A DNA stretch of 64,000 nt from a virus (Duplodnaviria; Caudoviricetes), in the IMG/VR virus record IMGVR_UViG_3300033121_001553, positions 96,001-160,000 of that record. One strand, written 5' to 3'. A program made the translations under genes and the position numbers. Below are positions 1 through 9,198 of this stretch, piece by piece. Each line of letters begins with the position of its first letter. Position 1 is the stretch's first letter. Below the pieces are notes generated by a model. That model ran no database searches. It saw nothing but the letters and a program-made list of their open reading frames with translations, and was not told where the DNA came from.

Positions 1-921
1 TCGTATCCAATGTCTACCGTGAGTGTTTATAGACGCGTACGGTATGTTAGTTCTAAATGGAATATCGTGCGGACCAGTGACAGAACCAGAGATGCTCTGA
101 TCATCGTACGAAGGTTCAAGCGGATGAGACGCGTAAGCAACACGCATGTACAGTCGATCACCGTTTGGCGAGAATGTACTACCCGTTACTGGTATTGGGA
201 AGATCCTTATCTTTTTACCTATTATCTCATAAGAATATTGTGATCTGCGAACTTTAAACGCTTCTTCAAGCATGCCTCTACGTAGCACGTCTTCAAACAC
301 GGGCAACACGTAAAAAACTGTTGAATTTACGTACGATTCGTAGTTAAAGTTTGTAGCAAGAAAGTTTGTAACGTTACTTGCGTTGAGCAAGAACTGCTGA
401 GCTGCTATTGGATTAAAGTGAAATACATCTATGATACGAAGCTTTGTCTGCGAACCGCTTGGCTGAGATCTGAATATATTTGTTCCAGACGTTGCATGCA
501 CAAGCGTATCGTAGATATCGTAGTCTTGCTGTCCGGACACTAGCGGTATGTAACCGAGTATTGGATCTTGCGAGCCCATAACGTTCGCCATCTCAGCGTA
601 CGGCTCAGCAAGCCTCATGAGATACTCGAGACTGCTGCGAGGGTATTTGTTCGTCATGTCGCCGATGCTCGCTGTAGACACGCCAAGCATGTTCACAAGT
701 TGACTTGCAATTTGTGTTTGCTGTACAAGCATGCTGTACTTTAGCGTTGCTTCTTCAAAACACGCCCATATGTCTTTCTTCGACAGTTCAACGCTAAGTG
801 TGCTATCGCCAAGCTTCAGCTTCACAAAACGTACCATGGCGTCAGCTTCAGTCTGAAATGCTGTTTCTGCGTCGAAGACACCAAACGGCGTTGGATTTAT
901 TGTTTGAGCGAACGTTGCCAT
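1..921 (-). CDS. Putative neck/head-tail connector protein (T4 gp13-like), runs off the window edge
   Basis: Open frame from ATG 921 (MATFAQTINPTPFG...VKLKLGDSTLSVELSKKDIWACFEEA...) to base 1; KLG...VEL motif typical of gp13-like neck proteins; not in the ORF track because truncated. Confidence 0.65.
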   Translation of the reverse strand, partial: MATFAQTINPTPFGVFDAETAFQTEADAMVRFVKLKLGDSTLSVELSKKDIWACFEEATLKYSMLVQQTQIASQLVNMLGVSTASIGDMTNKYPRSSLEYLMRLAEPYAEMANVMGSQDPILGYIPLVSGQQDYDIYDTLVHATSGTNIFRSQPSGSQTKLRIIDVFHFNPIAAQQFLLNASNVTNFLATNFNYESYVNSTVFYVLPVFEDVLRRGMLEEAFKVRRSQYSYEIIGKKIRIFPIPVTGSTFSPNGDRLYMRVAYASHPLEPSYDDQSISGSVTGPHDIPFRTNIPYASINTHGRHWIR

Positions 922-937
922 GCGATGATAAATAGCG

Positions 938-2830
938 TTACTTGGCGTAAACGATTACAGGTTCAGTCCTTACGCTACCGTTTCCCATGTACGAGTTACC
1001 GCAGCTCATCTGCTCAGTGCATACATGCTTGAAGCCAACATCAACTGCAACTGCATTGAATACATCAACGTATTTGTTTGAAACGTTAATAACAAACTTC
1101 GAGTTCTGCTTCAAACAAACGTATGCATGTTTTACTGTTGGTTTTACGTAACTGTCTACCCATTCCTGATATGTTTTGTATTCTTTCCATGCTTGTCCCG
1201 ACTCATCATAATATTTCTCAGTATCATAATATGGCGGCGATGTGAATACAAAGTCAACTGTGCATTCGTCAGGCGCCATCATCTCAGATCCGGCTGAGTT
1301 TACGATGATATCATAACCATACGATACGATATCTGACGCTAGGTTAGACAAGTCAGCTCTGGTACGTGATGATGGCTCGTTGCATATATAAGTTCCGCCG
1401 CTAAAGGACGATACAAAACCGAGCATTCTAGCACCGAACCCAGCAGAAGGATCCCAGACAGTTGGACACTCAGCTGTACAATATTTGCTGTAGATATACT
1501 TTGCGTAAGCGGGTCTAAACCAAGATACAGCTTTCTTTTGAACACGCAAACCGCGTCTAATAGATCTAAATGTTATGTCAATGCCTTGAGCTAGCCTTGT
1601 ACGTAGTACATTCGACAGTACGGCATCATTATAAAATGCGTTGCGTGGCCCATCGTTCGTATCCCAGTACGAACGAAATATCGACTGAAGATATGCTGAA
1701 CCTGCGTGCGAGTATTTTCTTGAGTTAGCAAGCTCAGCGATAGCATCAGCAAAACTTGAAGAACGAACTGGGTATATCCAACCGTAAGTCTCTGCGTATT
1801 GCTTGAGATAATTCAGCAGACATCTTACTGTCTGCTGCTGAACTTCGACAACTCTGCTGGCTCGCGTTATTATCGTTTCATCGTCAATAGACGGCAATCC
1901 ATTCTTGATAATCTTACCATCAATAACGGCTGTATGAGCACATGCTAGAAGTGATTCGTAGTCTCTGCATGAACACCAGTCTGCGTCTTCTGCTATTTTG
2001 ATGTATGAACTACGCGTTAGAACAGCTGAACGTAGTTTACGTAGATCTGAAGTCATTGTAGCGAGTTGTTGATCAGACCAGTCAGATGATCTGTCTAGTC
2101 CGTGCCAGTACGTTCCGTCAAATTCGACGTAGGTTCCACAGCTAAGTTGCATGTCGTAGCATGCCGTCATTCCATCTATTGATTTCCACACTTGCGTTTT
2201 TGCGTCATGATCAAATGTTTTTACGTGTTCAATGAACTTCTGCTCAGCAAAAGATGACTTCGATACTTCTCTCGTCATGTTCGATGACGAAATTTTTGAT
2301 CGCATCTCATCAGTAAATATTTTGCTCATAAGCTCAGAACGTTGCTCAGCCCATACACGTTTTCTAATACTGCTTAGTTTCTCATGCATTCCGTCAGCAT
2401 TCAACGAAGCAGATACTGCTGCTGCATGTCTACGGCTAACATCAGGATTACTAAATGCATCTTTTACGCTCAACGCTATTTTTCGTTTGATTTCATCACC
2501 ATGTTCAGCGTACGCAGCTCTGATCGCTGCATTTCTTTTTTTTACAGCATCTTGTGATGGCGAACATCTTGTTGCTGTTGACTTATTATTATGACCAGTT
2601 ATATATCTGTTGTAGCAGTACTTTGTTTTGTGCCACAATGTTAGCTGACCGCAGCCGCATAGACACTCTGGCTGACGTAGAGAAAAATATTTCTCAACAT
2701 ATCCCTTGATACCCTCAATGTCAGAATGACATTTTGAGATGTGAATACCAAGCTGCTTACGTGTCGCTATAACGGCATCGCATGCTGCACAACGATGCGT
2801 AAAGCTAATGTTACCGTAGCTATCTACCAT
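938..2830 (-). CDS. Zn-finger/homing-endonuclease-like domains fused to an amino (N4C/N6A) DNA methyltransferase
   Basis: CAAC..H..H and CLCGCG Zn motifs; YVEFDGTYWHG (Vsr/DUF559-like nuclease); C-terminal WDPSAGFGAR (SAM binding) and FTSPPYY (catalytic motif IV). Confidence 0.7.
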   Translation of the reverse strand: MVDSYGNISFTHRCAACDAVIATRKQLGIHISKCHSDIEGIKGYVEKYFSLRQPECLCGCGQLTLWHKTKYCYNRYITGHNNKSTATRCSPSQDAVKKRNAAIRAAYAEHGDEIKRKIALSVKDAFSNPDVSRRHAAAVSASLNADGMHEKLSSIRKRVWAEQRSELMSKIFTDEMRSKISSSNMTREVSKSSFAEQKFIEHVKTFDHDAKTQVWKSIDGMTACYDMQLSCGTYVEFDGTYWHGLDRSSDWSDQQLATMTSDLRKLRSAVLTRSSYIKIAEDADWCSCRDYESLLACAHTAVIDGKIIKNGLPSIDDETIITRASRVVEVQQQTVRCLLNYLKQYAETYGWIYPVRSSSFADAIAELANSRKYSHAGSAYLQSIFRSYWDTNDGPRNAFYNDAVLSNVLRTRLAQGIDITFRSIRRGLRVQKKAVSWFRPAYAKYIYSKYCTAECPTVWDPSAGFGARMLGFVSSFSGGTYICNEPSSRTRADLSNLASDIVSYGYDIIVNSAGSEMMAPDECTVDFVFTSPPYYDTEKYYDESGQAWKEYKTYQEWVDSYVKPTVKHAYVCLKQNSKFVINVSNKYVDVFNAVAVDVGFKHVCTEQMSCGNSYMGNGSVRTEPVIVYAK

Positions 2831-2837
2831 TTTGCAT

Positions 2838-2866
2838 ATTTTAACAATTTCTTATGATTAGTTCAA
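2838..2866 (-). promoter_or_regulatory. Sigma70-like promoter for the nuclease-MTase gene
   Basis: TTGAAC-N17-TAAAAT, 7 nt before ATG 2830 (near-leaderless). Confidence 0.5.
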
Positions 2867-2871
2867 ATGCA

Positions 2872-2901
2872 GAAAGGGAGGCGATAATTCGCCTCCCTTT
2901 C
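2872..2901. terminator. Intrinsic terminator hairpin after MCP
   Basis: GAAAGGGAGGCGA-TAAT-TCGCCTCCCTTTC, perfect 13-bp stem. Confidence 0.8.
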
Positions 2902-2923
2902 AGTCGATTACTTATCTAATCGA

Positions 2924-4813
2924 TAAGATGATGTTCATATTCAGAACCGTTACAGTTCCGAAGTAGTCAGAACGGATCATCTTCTTGCCGTACCGCGTCA
3001 TCACGCCCTTGGTTGGGGTGAAGTCCTGCGGATTGTAGATTGTCTGCGTCATGATGAGTGGCACATATGGCGCGTAGACATATCCCGTCTCAAGATAGTT
3101 ACCGCCCTTGTAGCCAACAAGGATGCGGTTCCTTGGGAAATAAGGATCCTTATAGACGGTAAATCTATTGTTCAGTGTACCGATTGCCTCTGCGCCCATC
3201 TGGAATGGAGAAGCTACCTGACCGTTGCCGTCAATCGACAGCTTGGCCTTGTACGCGATTGCGCTCTCGATAATCGTGCAAACATCTGGCGATGTCACGA
3301 TAAAGTTTGCGCTACCACGCAGGGTCTTACGGTGGATGGTGTTCGCAACGTCGTTGATTGTCTCAACAAGCGTCTGCGCCCACTCCATCGTGTTGCCCGT
3401 GAACTGTGGTCCGATCGACAAGCTCGTTGAGAGATCTCTCTGAGCACCGGTCAGCTTGTTCACGAACACGCCTGGAGCACGGCTCCAGTACAGGTTTGCA
3501 CCATTTGCCTGCGTTAGCAGATCCTGGAGGATCTCGCGGTCAATCTCAAGTGCGATCTGCTCCGACAGTACCTGCGTCAGCTCGACCTCTGCGTCGATGT
3601 TGTGGTACGCGTTCAGATCCTGCGCGAGCTCTGGAGACCAGCGAGCGCGCAGCTTGCGTGATGTTGCAGTGATTGCAATCGACTCAACCTTGATGTTGAC
3701 CTCTGCGATCACTGGGCTTGATGACGAGCCAAAGTCAGACTCGTAGCTTGGCAGCGTCAGAGTCGAACCTGTCGATGAATCGACCTGGAGCTTGTCGCTT
3801 ACGACACCAGACATCTTCATCGAGCCGCCGAGCACAGGTACTGAGCCTGCATTCGAGAGTCTCACGACGAACTGGATGTGGTCACCATTCAGCGCGTCTG
3901 GCGTAAACGTGGTGCCGTTGAAGTTACCACGCTTGTTCAGCTTGCGCAGGTTAAGCACACCAGTACCTGCCTGGAAGCTCTCGCCCCATGCCGTTGCACC
4001 GTTTGCCGTCGAGAACGCTGTGATTGCGAGCTGATCAACCTGGAGCAAGTCGACGTTTGCAATCGCGCTTGTGATCTGCGCAGTTGGAACGTGCACGAAG
4101 CACACGTCAAACGTACCAGCCTCGATACCAGCCTCAACGTCTGGATCGAAGTTGCAGAAGCGAGCGTTCGAGCCAGAGAAGTCAGTCGATGATGCGACTG
4201 TACCAGCTGATGTCCATGCGCCGTTCACTCCCGTGAATGCACCGACCTTCGTCTCAGCCGAAGCCGAAACAGAGTTGCTACCGCTGTGAACCTTCGAGAA
4301 GCCTGAGCCAACGAGGTCGTACATACCACCAGCCGCAAGCGAGCCCGACTGAACTCCCTTACCTGGCGGGTTGTTGTACAGCGACTGTCCAACGGTGTAA
4401 GTCTCATTTGCTGATGATGATGACAAGCTCACGCCTGCATCGCCACCAACGTTTGAGCCGTAGCCATAGTCGATGTAGAACACAAGACCAGATGGCAGCG
4501 ACATTGGCTGAACCGAAACGAGCTCGTTGGCAACGAGGCCACCGAAAACTCTACGTACGATTGGGAACGCAATGTTCGCGAAACCTGCGATCTGACCCGA
4601 CGTTGTAACGTTACCGCCACCTGTCGAGAGCGCGTTTGCCTCCTTTATGAGGCCTACTGCCTGGTTCTCAAGCAGACGGGCCATATGGCTACGGCGCTGT
4701 CCCTCGAGACCCTTGAGCAAGCCCGTCTTCGTCCACTTCTTGACGATGCGTGCTTCCTCTGCACTTCTATTGGGATCCTGGATCCCTTCCATAATATCCT
4801 GATATGTCAACAT
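2924..4813 (-). CDS. gp23: Major capsid protein (T4 gp23-like), 629 aa, TTA stop
   Basis: PIVRRVFGGLVANELVSVQPMSLPSGLVFY, RKLRARWSPELAQDLNAYH, EIDREI, YAPYVPL, GVMTRYG; own ATG 4813; ends ...NMNII-TTA. Confidence 0.93.
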
Positions 4814-4843
4814 TTTTACTTTCCAATCTCCTAAGTTGTGAGC

Positions 4844-6295
4844 TAACTTGATACCAGCCAAAATGCTCCAGCGATCTAGCTCAGCAGACTCTGACAGAGT
4901 CTCCTTCGATGCTGTTGCTGCTCCGCTTTTCACCGTGCGTGATGACGACCCGAGCAGCTGACCGCCGCTCTTGCCTTCTGTCATCGGCTTCTTGTCAGAC
5001 ATTGCCGTTGAAACTGCTGTCTCGTAAACGAGGCGTAGCTCCTTCAACGAGCTTGCTTCATTGACACGCTTGCACGCTGATGCTTTCTGTGCCTTGGTCA
5101 GATTGTCATTCGTGACGATCTTATTCGCGACCTTTGTCTTGGCTAGCATGAGATTCGTCTCACGCAGTTGATTGTAAAGTTGACGTACTTTACGCTCTGC
5201 GACGATAGAGGTATTAAGCTCTCTCATACGGCGTCGCGCCGGTGATGCTGACTCACGCATACGAAGCGCTCTGCGGAAGCGCGACTCGCGTGTTAGCATC
5301 TCGTCATCTTCTTCGGCCTCTTCAGCCATTGGCTCTTCGCCCTCAAGACCCTCAGTCGTAACGTCAGCGTCAAGCCATGGATCACCCATGTCTTCTCCAC
5401 CGCCGAAGTCATCAACTGGCATCTTCTTTGACTCTGCAATTCTTGCACGTACTCTCATAATCTCACGACGAAGCATACGCTCATCAACCTCAACGATTGG
5501 ATCAGCGTCTTTTCTGCCTCTGCTTTCGCCCTGCTGCGTTGGCTTCTTCTCTTCTTCGCCAGCAGCTGCACCGCCAAGAATCGAGTCTAGTTCTGCGTCT
5601 GATGTATCATCACCAGAGCCGTCGGAAGGAGCAGCAGCATCAACATCAGCCTGTTCCTCGTCGCCCTCAGGTGCGCCACCTTCTTCATCTGCAACAATTG
5701 ATACACCGAGCGCTCCAAGATCAAGATCATCTGGCAGCGCCTCGCCGCTAAGCTCGAGTGTAACTTTACCTTCCGACATACGCTTCTTCATTTTTATTTC
5801 CTCTGATGTTTCCTTATTCTTGATCTTTGAGAATGCATCTTCCAGCGCCTCTATTAGAGGCTTTTTCTCCGCTTCACTTGAAGAACTCTCTTTTACGCTT
5901 CTATACATATCGTCGAGACGAGCGACTGCACGCTCACTCATACGAAAAATTGCGCCTACACGCTTTATTTTTGCTGTACGCTTTACGAACTCATCAACAT
6001 TTTCGCAAAGCGACGTAACTTCTGCCTTAAGCTTGTTGAATGATTCATTCTTTGAATCATCATCCGTTAGCACATTTTCTTCGTCTTTATCATCTTCAGT
6101 TGACTCGACGAATTCTTTTTCCATATCATCGCCGCACTCAGTGACGTCAGCTTCATCCGACTCCAACAGAGTCTTTTCAATGAAACTACGTATAGCTGGC
6201 AACGCCGACTCTACGATCTCTTTCTTAGCGCTGTCTTCTGCAAGCTCACGCAATTTTTGCACGTCTGCAAGCGCTTCTTTATAAAGATTCGACAT
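4844..6295 (-). CDS. Prohead scaffolding protein, 483 aa, TTA stop
   Basis: Acidic coiled-coil between protease and MCP; LRETNLMLAK segment; ends RWSILAGIK-TTA, a typical scaffold C-terminus; fused to MCP in the ORF track only because TTA was read as Leu. Confidence 0.8.
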
Positions 6296-6299
6296 TTTT

Positions 6300-6914
6300 T
6301 AAGTCCTGATTTGTAACGTTGAATTTAACGTATTCTGTGCCGTCAGGCGTGCCTGGACGTGAGCCCTTCTTCAACGCGCGTGGAGGAGCGGCAATCGCGT
6401 CTGTGATCTGAGCGCTAGTGCTACTTGGGTTCGCAGTGTTCTCGGAACGTGGCTTTGCGTGCAGCTCATTACGTAGCTCTTCTGGAGTTGCGGGCTGCGA
6501 CAGTGGATCAACACCAACTGTTGGCGAACCAAGATTTGGTGACCACGCTGTTGATGTGCTACCGACGCCACCCGCTGCTTCATCAAGCGCATTAATGTCT
6601 GGAGCTGCGCCATAACCAGGCTTGTACTCAGACTCAAAGTTCCAGTAGGCCTTCGCATCATCAACATCGCCCTCTGTTACAAGTAGCTTGCTGATCATTG
6701 CATCGCCCTGACCGTTAATGTACTTTGGTGGCAGCTGACCTTTGTGAATAGGCGAAGCAGTGTATAGTCCTTTTAGTACATTTTCATTTGATAGTGACTT
6801 TGGTGGACCAGAGAATGACTCTTCGTACGCTTTAGTGTCAGGAGTCGTTACAGTCGAACCGTATCGATTCCCGTCTATCTGCGTTTTTGGATCTGGATCT
6901 ATTGGTTTTGGCAT
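6300..6914 (-). CDS. Hypothetical head-module protein, TTA stop
   Basis: AGGTGA SD; first in-frame TTA seen is 4 nt before the scaffold ATG. Confidence 0.65.
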
Positions 6915-6953
6915 CTTGCTTCACCTGCTCACGAATAAATACACAACGAAATG

Positions 6954-7208
6954 TAAAAGCAGATCATTAACTGCTTTTACAGCCGCTTTCTTTGCTTCTC
7001 TAATCTTCTGCAGCGCTTCAATAATCTTTGCTTCCTTGACGCGAAGATCTTTCATATGATTAACCTTCTTCTCAAGCGTATCTGCAAGTTCATCTGCATC
7101 TACTTCTTTTGCTTTGACGCTGCTTGGCTTCTTTGCCTTCTCATTCTTTTTCTCGTTCAGCACTTGCTCAACAAGCTTTTCAAGCATCTCACTCGTAAGT
7201 TTCTTCAT
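6954..7208 (-). CDS. Small charged prohead-associated protein, TTA stop
   Basis: GAGG SD; MKKLTSEMLEKLVEQVL N-terminus; the Leu-read extension HFVVYLFVSR runs over the next promoter and SD. Confidence 0.7.
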
Positions 7209-7236
7209 CTGGATCCTCTCATCTTATATATCACTC

Positions 7237-7659
7237 TTAAACGCCTTTCTTGTCTGAAAATGCGAGTGCAGACCACAAATCTGCTTTTCCAGCGAGCATG
7301 TCTGCGAATGGATCATTTTCTTCAGATGCTTGTTGCTGCATACTTTCTTGGGCCATCGTTCTGTGCTGAACATTTGCCAGCGGTCCCTCAGCGTTTAGTT
7401 GTTCTTGCAACGTTGTTTTTGCAGTATCGGCCAATATGCTGCTAAGCGTCGGATCTTTTGTTAGCAAGCTTATTGCATTTTTTGCTGCGCTGTCTGCCTT
7501 CTGCTTCGCTTGCATTTGCTGCGCAGGTTGAACCTGTCTGTAACCTGTAGAAGGAACAACACGTTTTTTTACTTCTGTAACTGTTGAAACATCAGAACCA
7601 TCTAGCAAAATTTCTACAAGACATTCTTTGATCAGCTTCTTTAGTTCACCACGTGTCAT
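7237..7659 (-). CDS. Hypothetical head-module protein
   Basis: ELKKLIKECLVEIL N-terminus; ATGA coupling to the protease gene. Confidence 0.7.
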   Translation of the reverse strand: MTRGELKKLIKECLVEILLDGSDVSTVTEVKKRVVPSTGYRQVQPAQQMQAKQKADSAAKNAISLLTKDPTLSSILADTAKTTLQEQLNAEGPLANVQHRTMAQESMQQQASEENDPFADMLAGKADLWSALAFSDKKGV

Positions 7660-8282
7660 GCCGCTACTCCCTTGTGAGCGTTCAACGCATCTATAACAAA
7701 TCCAGCAGTTCGATAAATTCTATCAGACTTTGTAAATGTATTTCTCATCTCAACAAGATCAACGCGTTTACCTTCTTGCAAAAATGCTCCTGGCGTCGAC
7801 GGCTCAGATACGATATCCCAGCAAATGAGCTGGAAGTCATCTTGCACAACTTGCTTATCGCCTTCTTTTTTTGTCGTTCCAACACCACGAGATGATATAC
7901 CAAGTTTTACTCCACCAGCAAGCAGCTCTTGTAGTATTTTTCCGCTTGGTGTATTGAGTATCTCAACAACGCCGTGCACGATTCCGTTGTTAAACGTTGC
8001 TTCTCTGATTATGTGAGAAACGTTCTTTAGATTTACCACGCTCGACTCTGGATGATCGCATTCACCGCATGCTCGATTCTCATTAATAAATTTTTGATAG
8101 TTTCGTACTTCTCTTTCAAGTACAGAGTACGGATACACTCTACCATTTTGATTGAGCGTATCTGCCCGTTGCAGTATGCCACGTAGCAGTATCTTACCAC
8201 CCTTACTAATTGTTTCGTTAATCTCACTCGGAGTTAGCTCCAGAGGCTCCCAGCTTGTGATCAGTTTTTTATATTCGCTCAT
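7656..8282 (-). CDS. gp21: Prohead core protease (T4 gp21-like)
   Basis: NQNGRVYP, GECDHP, VSHII, LGISSRGVG, WDIVSEPSTPGA motifs. Confidence 0.92.
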   Translation of the reverse strand: MSEYKKLITSWEPLELTPSEINETISKGGKILLRGILQRADTLNQNGRVYPYSVLEREVRNYQKFINENRACGECDHPESSVVNLKNVSHIIREATFNNGIVHGVVEILNTPSGKILQELLAGGVKLGISSRGVGTTKKEGDKQVVQDDFQLICWDIVSEPSTPGAFLQEGKRVDLVEMRNTFTKSDRIYRTAGFVIDALNAHKGVAA

Positions 8283-8286
8283 GGTA

Positions 8287-9144
8287 TAACTTGCTCTCTA
8301 TCTCATTTATCAATTTTTCATAAAGCAAATGTTCGATCACCGCTGAGTCTTCTATCTCGTTGATCGTTTTGCCTCTCGCGAATGTTTCATTTTTTACGAT
8401 ATCAAGTCTTTCGTTTGTCATGATATCTCTGGGATTGTGAGATACGTAATTGTCTATCGCGTTGACAAGTCTATCTCGCGTTTCTGCGAAAAGTTTTTTT
8501 ACGTCTTCTTTGTTACCGTTCACGCAGCTCAAAGCATAAGTACGCACCAAACTCCGCTGTGCGTCTGTCAGTTCACCGTCGTATCGCTCGTTGATCTTGT
8601 TTGTCATTACCTTGATCAGCATACGCAGCGTGCCAGGCGACTCTGCTGGAATCGTTACTGTCTTTTCATCATCACTAGATCTCGTAAGGTGCTCACGCAG
8701 CGTATTCTCGTACTGCACAACCCTACCGAAGTCAGCTGCTGCTGGATTTCTCCAGTCATTTATAAGTGACTGTATCGTCGCATAAAGCTTGTAGTTCTCA
8801 AACTGCTGATCCCAGAAATATGGAAAATTTAGATGAGATATCGACTTAATAAGTGCTGTCTTCTCTTGCTCAAGCAGCGTAATATCATAGTTTGCAGATG
8901 CTTTTCGAGCTTCTGTTAGAACGGCTGCTGCAGCAACTTCTGACATTTTTTCATTCACGAGTGCCTTGAAGAGCCGAAATTCTCTGTAGATTTCAGTTCC
9001 TGGCTTGTAATGACGCTTCAAAATTTTAAGAGCACGACGTGCAACATCGTTGTTATTCTCAACGACAGACTTTGATATAACTCTTACCAGCAGCTCATAC
9101 GTTAGTCCAACGTTTCGCTTTTTATTGTGCTTTGCCATTCTCAT
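8287..9144 (-). CDS. Conserved head-module protein between portal and protease, TTA stop
   Basis: KHNKKRNVGLTYELLVR N-terminus; TTA followed by TACC-ATG of the protease gene. Confidence 0.75.
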
Positions 9145-9198
9145 TCCTTACCGCAAAAAATTCATTTTTGCCGTCGCTTATAACTATCAACATTAAAA

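Noticed and set aside
10-243. 77-aa plus-strand ORF
   Set aside because: Antisense to the neck-protein gene that runs off the window
5388-6284. Long antisense ORFs (also 14696-15241, 9617-9937, 3225-4608)
   Set aside because: Shadow frames of real genes; loss of in-frame TTA removes antisense TAA stops and lengthens them
2912-6295. Genuine scaffold-MCP polyprotein (HK97 delta-domain style)
   Set aside because: The junction has two TTAs, a typical scaffold end and a separate SD-like sequence and ATG; the window-wide TTA pattern explains it better
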